From Owenia fusiformis (lineage: Eukaryota), in NCBI GenBank assembly GCA_903813345.2, contig CAIIXF020000001.1:3410001-3474000 (forward strand): DNA of 64,000 bases, given 5' to 3'. The notes beneath the pieces were generated by a model that was not told the origin of the DNA, ran no database searches, and was given only the letters and a program-made list of their open reading frames with translations. Positions 60,401-64,000 of this stretch are shown here, one piece after another. Position numbers and translations under genes: made by a program. Position 1 is the stretch's first letter, and each line of letters begins with the position of its first letter.

Positions 60401-63354
60401 GTGTAAATTTGAAGGAAATCCGGTGAGCAGATTTTCTGAAATGGCGATGGCAAGATTTTTCGAAAAATCTTCAAAATGGCTGCCAGAAAACAAGATGGCC
60501 GCCCAAAAGTTAATCAGCTCTAGTACAGGGTGATCACTAAGTTCTGGGAATTGGTCTGTCATTTCAATATTTTTCAACCAATTCAGTTGAAACTTCCAGC
60601 AAATGTACATTGCATAATTCTGAATTGACTGACAATGTTTCATATACTTTATACTTTTACAATTTATTTTATTGTAATTATAAAAAAAGTAAAAGTGGTC
60701 CGCGGGTCAGCAAATTTTGACTGTGTCAATTTGAAAATTTCCTACCAAAACATATTCATCTTGCCTAGATGGTTGGTTCAAACTTATTGTACTAGAGGCA
60801 GAACAGTACTCTTGAAGTCATTTATTCAGAAGTATTCTTCATTGCTTGGAAGATCATTTCATTTGTAATGATTTCCATAGGGCTGGACGCTCATGAATTG
60901 TTGTCAAACCTAGTCCATAAAGACGCTTTCCAGTCCTCCCTTTGGTATCCCTTGAAAATTTGCTCAAGCTGTTGAGATCAGTCCCTCATCGGATGATGAT
61001 CTCTTATATGATGCTTCAACAGTCAAATTTAGTGAACCTAATGGTGGTTCATCTGGTGAACATTATATGGTGAATGTGGGATATGAACAACTTGTGTGAA
61101 CCCTAATTCTTCAAGAGTAGGATGGGCAATTTAAGGAGTGGGAAGAAGCATAGTCATAATGGAAGATAACTCCCCGCTATTTTGAGTCATGATTGTGACT
61201 TTGAGAGTCTGACCAATCCCAAGAAAATTGAGCAAAGTACACTTTTATATCACAATACAGATGTTACTTTAGAAACTAAAGTTAGAAATATTTGAAAACA
61301 TAAAAAATCACAGAAATGTGTCCACCAAATAGGTATTAATTAACCATACTTTTGGATCAAGTAAAATCAAAATGAATTCAAGTTTTGCTTGACCCGCTAC
61401 GCCATTTGTCATGTTGCTATAGTAACAATAATTATCCATTGTGACATCATATGACAATGAAATTATTTTATCCAACCCAAAATTACATTCACCATTTACC
61501 TTGAAAATCTCAAGTAGATTGGTTGAAAAATAATGAAATGACAGATAAATTCCCAGAACTTAGTGATCACCCTGTATTTCATATGCTCTATCATCTCTGC
61601 GAATTTGGAGAAAATCTGGTGAGCAGTTTTCCTTAAACAGCGATGACAAAAAGCGGGACGATCACGATCACGACCACGATCACGACCACGACCACGACCA
61701 GTATGACGACTATATCCCACTGATGGTGTGATAATAAAAAGACCATCATAGGATATCCTCTATATATACATGTACATTCTTCTAAATTTGTACTCTTGAA
61801 AATTTAATTGTAAATACCATTATTATATAACACAAAATGAAAGTGCTTTCTTGTAGTCTAGTTTTATGTAAGTGGATTTAATAAAAGAAACTGAATTGAA
61901 ATTACATGTATAAGTCGATTAAAGAGTGAACGAGTGACAAAATTCTTTTCAGGAGCACATACCATCAACATTGAACCTGGCTACAACACTAATGTACAAC
62001 AAGCACCTGCATACAATGCCAATGCTTCTGTACCACAGACCCAAGCTGCTGATGACACACCTCCCCAATATGAAGAGAAACCAAACCTGAATAATCAATG
62101 AACTCAATCATTGAAGACACCAACAATAAATGTTCCCAACCAAATCAAATTGCATCAAATTGTTGAAAAATGACCGTGGTCAATTAAATGATGAGAATAT
62201 ATATCCAGGAGATACAGATATTAAAAATGACATTTCAACAATCAAAAGTAAATATCATCATAAGCTTACTGTATAACATATGCCATAACATTCATATAGA
62301 AAATTCACTGTGATCCATTGTATTAAATGAATAATAAGAATAAATTTTGAAATTAATCAATTTGATGAATATGTTTGAGGTAGAACTATTATAACATTGG
62401 GATGGGAACATTGAGCCTTCATGTAAATGTGGTGACAAGAACAAACAAATAAATATTACACGTTTTATTGAAAAATTCCAAATTACTGCCAAGTAATTTA
62501 CCCAGCATGCACAAGACCCAATTAGATCTTGGCACTTTTCTGCTCTGGCATCTGTAAAAAAATCAAGTTCAACAGGTACAAGGTTTTCTTTGAAATGAGT
62601 AATACAACACCAACTCACTCTGACGGATCGATGTCCGATTGAATACAAGAACGGACAGCTTCTTCATATCCCTACCCAACTTGTTTCAGTTGGATAAAAA
62701 TATAACTCATATTTGGTAGAACTGTGACATTGAGAAAAAGTCAGAAACAAAACTGGAACCAAGAGATGGACTCTTCAAAAATCAAAGATCGAAAAAATGT
62801 AAATTACCTCTATATCCCTCTGGACTATTTGTATTGCACGCCCAAAACAGCATGTGGCTGTTTATAAACTCTATCACCTCTGCATTACCAAGGCATTCCC
62901 TGAAAAACAAAACATTTATTTAAAGATTTCAAAGCATAGCGGCAAAAGGTTCACTACAACTTTGATTTCTCAGCTATCTCAAGTCAGCTATTACATTTTA
63001 AGAATAACCTTTTTACAAAACAACCCTTGAAGCCTCAGTAGAGTACAGATGTTGAACAAAATATAGTGTTTTTAACATTAGTTCAATTAATTTAATAAAT
63101 GTATGTTCACATTTGTAACTTTAAAATTATGTACAAAGAAGGGGTTATTTACACTTTGCAAACATTGGTCTTTCAAAAATGTTCTGTTACACTATTTTGG
63201 GATGAAAGAAGTCAATCTGTTATGAATTAACATTTTGAAACATTGAAATATTGACTTTGTTCTTATACCTTGCAAATGTTGCAGTATCTTGGTGGTTATC
63301 TCCATGGAGGTAAACTAGGAGAAACTTCAGCTCTTTTTTGGCATCATTGAGGGC
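39457..63354 (-). CDS. FAF2: FAS-associated factor 2 / UBXD8 (UAS, coiled-coil and UBX domains), last 7 coding exons; 5' part lies beyond the right edge
   Basis: Exons 63354-63269 (ALNDAKKELKFLLVYLHGDNHQD), 62899-62808 (FINSHMLFWACNTNSPEGYR), 44898-44721 (VSQALRENTYPFLAL), 44543-44462 (LRQEQDVAYLESLKADQEK), 44197-44108, 43176-43033 (IPEEP...LKLPSGSRVERRF) and 39624-39457 (FQIMTNFPRK...EAGLGKSEMLFVHDNEA*). All are GT-AG with compatible phases. Confidence 0.95.
39613..42150. repeat. 32-bp minisatellite GTAAGCACTGAAACTACA(A/G)GGAACACTATGTT, roughly 75-80 units, in the last FAF2 intron
   Basis: Directly visible. The first unit overlaps the FAF2 terminal-exon acceptor. Confidence 0.95.
42443..43013 (-). 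mobile_element. Deleted Tc1/maT-type element with transposase C-terminal remnant
   Basis: TA TSD and ~150-bp TIR starting CAGGGTGGTCAAAAAA. Remnant YLW..KDSVYEN...IADLKSETIRVIQAIPAEEC..LIDN. Confidence 0.8.
43396..43928. mobile_element. hAT-like MITE with 6-bp TSD
   Basis: CAGAGATA / TATCTCTG termini with TATAAA duplicated at 43390-43395 and 43929-43934. AAATTCTGC subterminal repeats. Confidence 0.7.
45290..45710 (+). pseudogene. Relic duplicate of the last two exons and 3' UTR of the MS4A-like gene
   Basis: 45436-45569 (THTINIALGYNTTVQQAP...QYAEKPKL*) parallels 61953-62101. 45290-45385 parallels the exon at 58690 but has stops. The UTR matches 62090-62235. No upstream exons found. Confidence 0.8.
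46777..62101 (+). CDS. MS4A/CD20-like four-transmembrane protein nested antisense in a FAF2 intron; exon 5 disrupted in this haplotype
   Basis: Exons 46777-47013 (IGSIMIGLGILSIILG...VGTGIWC), 54193-54252 (FFIVTGSFGIAAG), 54436-54576 (FMVLSIV), 55032-55142 (SSAYCCMAVCCC), 58690-58785 plus 59173-59224, and 61953-62101 (PPQYEEK). Phases are compatible; 281 aa when reconstructed. Confidence 0.85.
47365..48837. mobile_element. Foldback non-autonomous element, CAC...GTG termini, 5-bp TSD (Transib-like)
   Basis: CACGCCCGGTGATCGTGAA / TTCACGATCACCGGGCGTG with GTAAT duplicated at 47360-47364 and 48838-48842. Arms of ~420 bp. Confidence 0.8.
48201..48649. mobile_element. Kolobok-like MITE
   Basis: GGATGCAGTACC / GGTACTGCATCC TIR with TTAA on both sides. 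It interrupts the right arm of the host foldback element. Confidence 0.8.
48858..52919 (-). mobile_element. Two nested HINE family A elements (50932-52869 inside 48858-52919)
   Basis: Two left ends (48858, 50932) followed by two stacked right-end hairpins (52840, 52890). Confidence 0.85.
55278..58575 (-). mobile_element. 5'-truncated non-LTR retrotransposon, CR1/L2-group LINE
   Basis: On minus, AATAAA then an (ACAT)n tail at ~55278-55304. The single long ORF starts inside the endonuclease domain; no ORF1. Confidence 0.85.
55411..58545 (-). CDS. LINE ORF2: partial APE endonuclease + reverse transcriptase + C-terminal CCHC motif
   Basis: SVYLP, IIGDFNA, SYIDHI (endonuclease); KAAGHDG, HRGITL, DIKKAFD, GVHQGG, YADD (RT); CNFC...HFLITC. 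Open for 1044 aa, but the N-terminal endonuclease motifs are absent. Confidence 0.92.
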   Translation of the reverse strand: MPIFIFSVYLPQIGCKNENFEDVLNALEEYVISCQTDAKIVIIGDFNANLGNLYGTRRSTADHSFNGQLLFQMMQRNGLVALDMQNKTQGPIYTYESATGYKSYIDHIVISESMLESVISCRVLCSAYTPTYGHLAIKSVFDLPSIKHVKSSTLYVKKVYSWYRVSRDEVNDKYTIPLQSDLEPLISSMSDNSKLDGKDIDIFIERLIEIVKCRADDAIPLKKFIKHQKPFWNNDLSILKKKQKAAWHKWTKAGRPRDSSDPIRKAYKEAKKGFRAAFNQSRVNYEQKQLNDIYDANDMDQRTFWYLLNKSRNCTSKSTGSIRSDSGDVLTDPTDINNDWQSYFSKLASYDHRDIFDQDFEQIVVSDLKNMHAESLLNNDGILDTKFTVREVKDCIMKLNNNKAAGHDGLNAEHIKYGGDCMTSLLTLLFNAMRVSEYIPEDFCTGILIPLLKSGNKDCLNKDHHRGITLMSILRKLFDNLVLLRMLPRLRSKIPQLQGASIENCSSLQTSLLLQETIAHNIKDGVILALMDIKKAFDGTWIDGLFWKLYQNGFNGLAWRILYQSYCKYKCKVFVSGILNQKSFNVHRGVHQGGVCSMILYQFFLADLLLELVDSQMVAKIGEHPVGCPAYADDLAIITTGHDQMNTLLQIAYDYSRRWRFEFHPEKCVIMYFGPRKRAAQDFKLGKCSLKIVNSAQHVGIPLGSTNLHVKSAISCARRKFCSLLGLGNGCGGIHPLLGSKLYWSFSYPTLTYGCAVIPYTNNDINLMEGLHKEIGKRIQTLPKNTPDPVATSLLGWMSVRAKIDCDRLMFLYMLLRLPVSCIYKVICLERLIRMMYLKSTYQGRKSPLAQMWDTVLFYNLTDYVKDMIFNAQIPSKQEFRIVVYGRVKRFHNFCTVLSSSMYKNLNVVTGSLSTLKPNVWWVIAKENPNLMYLCKMMVKLLTSTYDVNSRRREGDTPISEICNFCDLNERDSVKHFLITCPAFTNVRKPLLNIARGNLNVMNDDFTLKVILGIVYNDDKETLLLIAMHVYELHRHRQLLLGKD
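58786..59163. mobile_element. 378-bp non-autonomous DNA transposon with 9-bp TSD (AcademH- or MULE-like) inserted in MS4A coding exon 5
   Basis: TACCCT / AGGGTA termini with GTGGCTGGC duplicated at 58777-58785 and 59164-59172. Removal restores an open exon with the required phases. Confidence 0.85.
60242..61735. mobile_element. HINE family C, copy 2
   Basis: Same ends as 2626-3975: AACAAG...GAACGAGATCACACCATC, and (ACGACC/ACGATC)n + ACTATATCCCAC.GATGGTGTGA. Confidence 0.75.
60526..61574. mobile_element. Tc1/mariner-like non-autonomous element inserted in HINE-C copy 2
   Basis: TIR CAGGGTGATCACTAAGTTCTGGGAATT (perfect, extending imperfectly to ~70 bp) with TA on both sides. Confidence 0.9.
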
Positions 63355-64000
63355 CTGGAAAACAGTAAATCAAATTCAATAATTAATTGATTAAATTGAA
63401 TCCATCTTGGATTAAGTATCCTAAAGGAAATATATATTTTTCTTATTCATAATTAACTAGTATACAAATAGTGACTGCCATTGAGGGCAATAGGGTAAAT
63501 TATTTCCCCGAGGGAATATCCTCTAAAATGTACTATTCCCGAAGCTACAGGGAAATCATTTACACTATTGCTCGAAATTAGGCAGTCACTATTTGTTTTA
63601 TTATATACCCTATACTGACTCTTGTCCCGTTTCCTCAGCGAAGGCCAAAAGGGCTTACAAAGCCCCCTCCCCAGGTCCATTGTTAGCATTATAAGCTGTG
63701 ACGTCAAAATATACTCTTGAAATTTTTTCCTAAGAAATTTCCGAGACTCTCACTTGACAAATTCAATTGCGTTAAACACTTGAAATTACACAGACGTATT
63801 GAGCTTAGGGAACTTTATCCACGTTGCTTATATTGTATTGTTCACGCACCTATCATGGTGAACGGAGTTGATTTGTGTTTGTGCTTATCCTCAATTTATC
63901 TTTTTTTCATCTGCGCAGTGATGATGCGCAGACGTTTCCAAGGGTAATAGAAGTTGCAACTTTGACGTCAGCGGGCATAGTTCAAATGTATATTCCTGCT

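Noticed and set aside
61953-62090. Direct phase-0 splice from 55142 giving EHIPSTLNL...NQT*
   Set aside because: The phase-1 frame has the Pro/Gln-rich PPQY tail and a matching upstream exon (58690-59224). Phase 0 would apply only if that exon is skipped.
63455-64000. Repeat-like, CpG-richer sequence at the right edge, possibly one or two further non-autonomous elements
   Set aside because: The other terminus is outside the window, so no TIR or TSD can be confirmed.

Overview
AT-rich, intron-containing animal genomic DNA, probably a marine invertebrate (inference from gene and transposon content), and mostly transposon-derived. Host genes reconstructed by hand from splice sites: (1) the 5' part of a secreted chitin-binding (CBM14/peritrophin-A) gene, minus strand, running off the left edge; (2) a 2-exon, 402-aa stand-alone BtaA/DUF3419-like SAM-dependent 3-amino-3-carboxypropyl transferase with a mitochondrial-type presequence (29802-31161, +); (3) the last 7 coding exons of FAF2/UBXD8 (minus, 39457-63354); (4) an MS4A/CD20-like tetraspan gene nested antisense in a 17.9-kb FAF2 intron, with its 5th coding exon broken by a transposon and a relic duplicate beside it. 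Three observations stand out. First, 4045-20563 is not a simple tandem array. It is a perfectly bracket-balanced, six-deep nested stack of Helentron-like non-autonomous elements (8 left ends, 8 right ends), each inserted into the microsatellite beside the terminal hairpin of an earlier copy. Subfamily-matched ends close in last-in-first-out order, and the pattern recurs at 48858-52919. Second, the gene is an animal, apparently mitochondria-targeted, homologue of betaine-lipid synthase. Third, a ~2.5-kb 32-bp minisatellite is built from FAF2's own terminal splice acceptor. Also present: an 8.2-kb Academ element with further nested MITEs, mariner/Tc1/pogo, hAT-like, MULE-like, Transib-like, Kolobok-like and PIF-like elements, and a 5'-truncated CR1/L2-group LINE with an open 1044-aa ORF. 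All family assignments come from motif and terminus recognition, not database searches.
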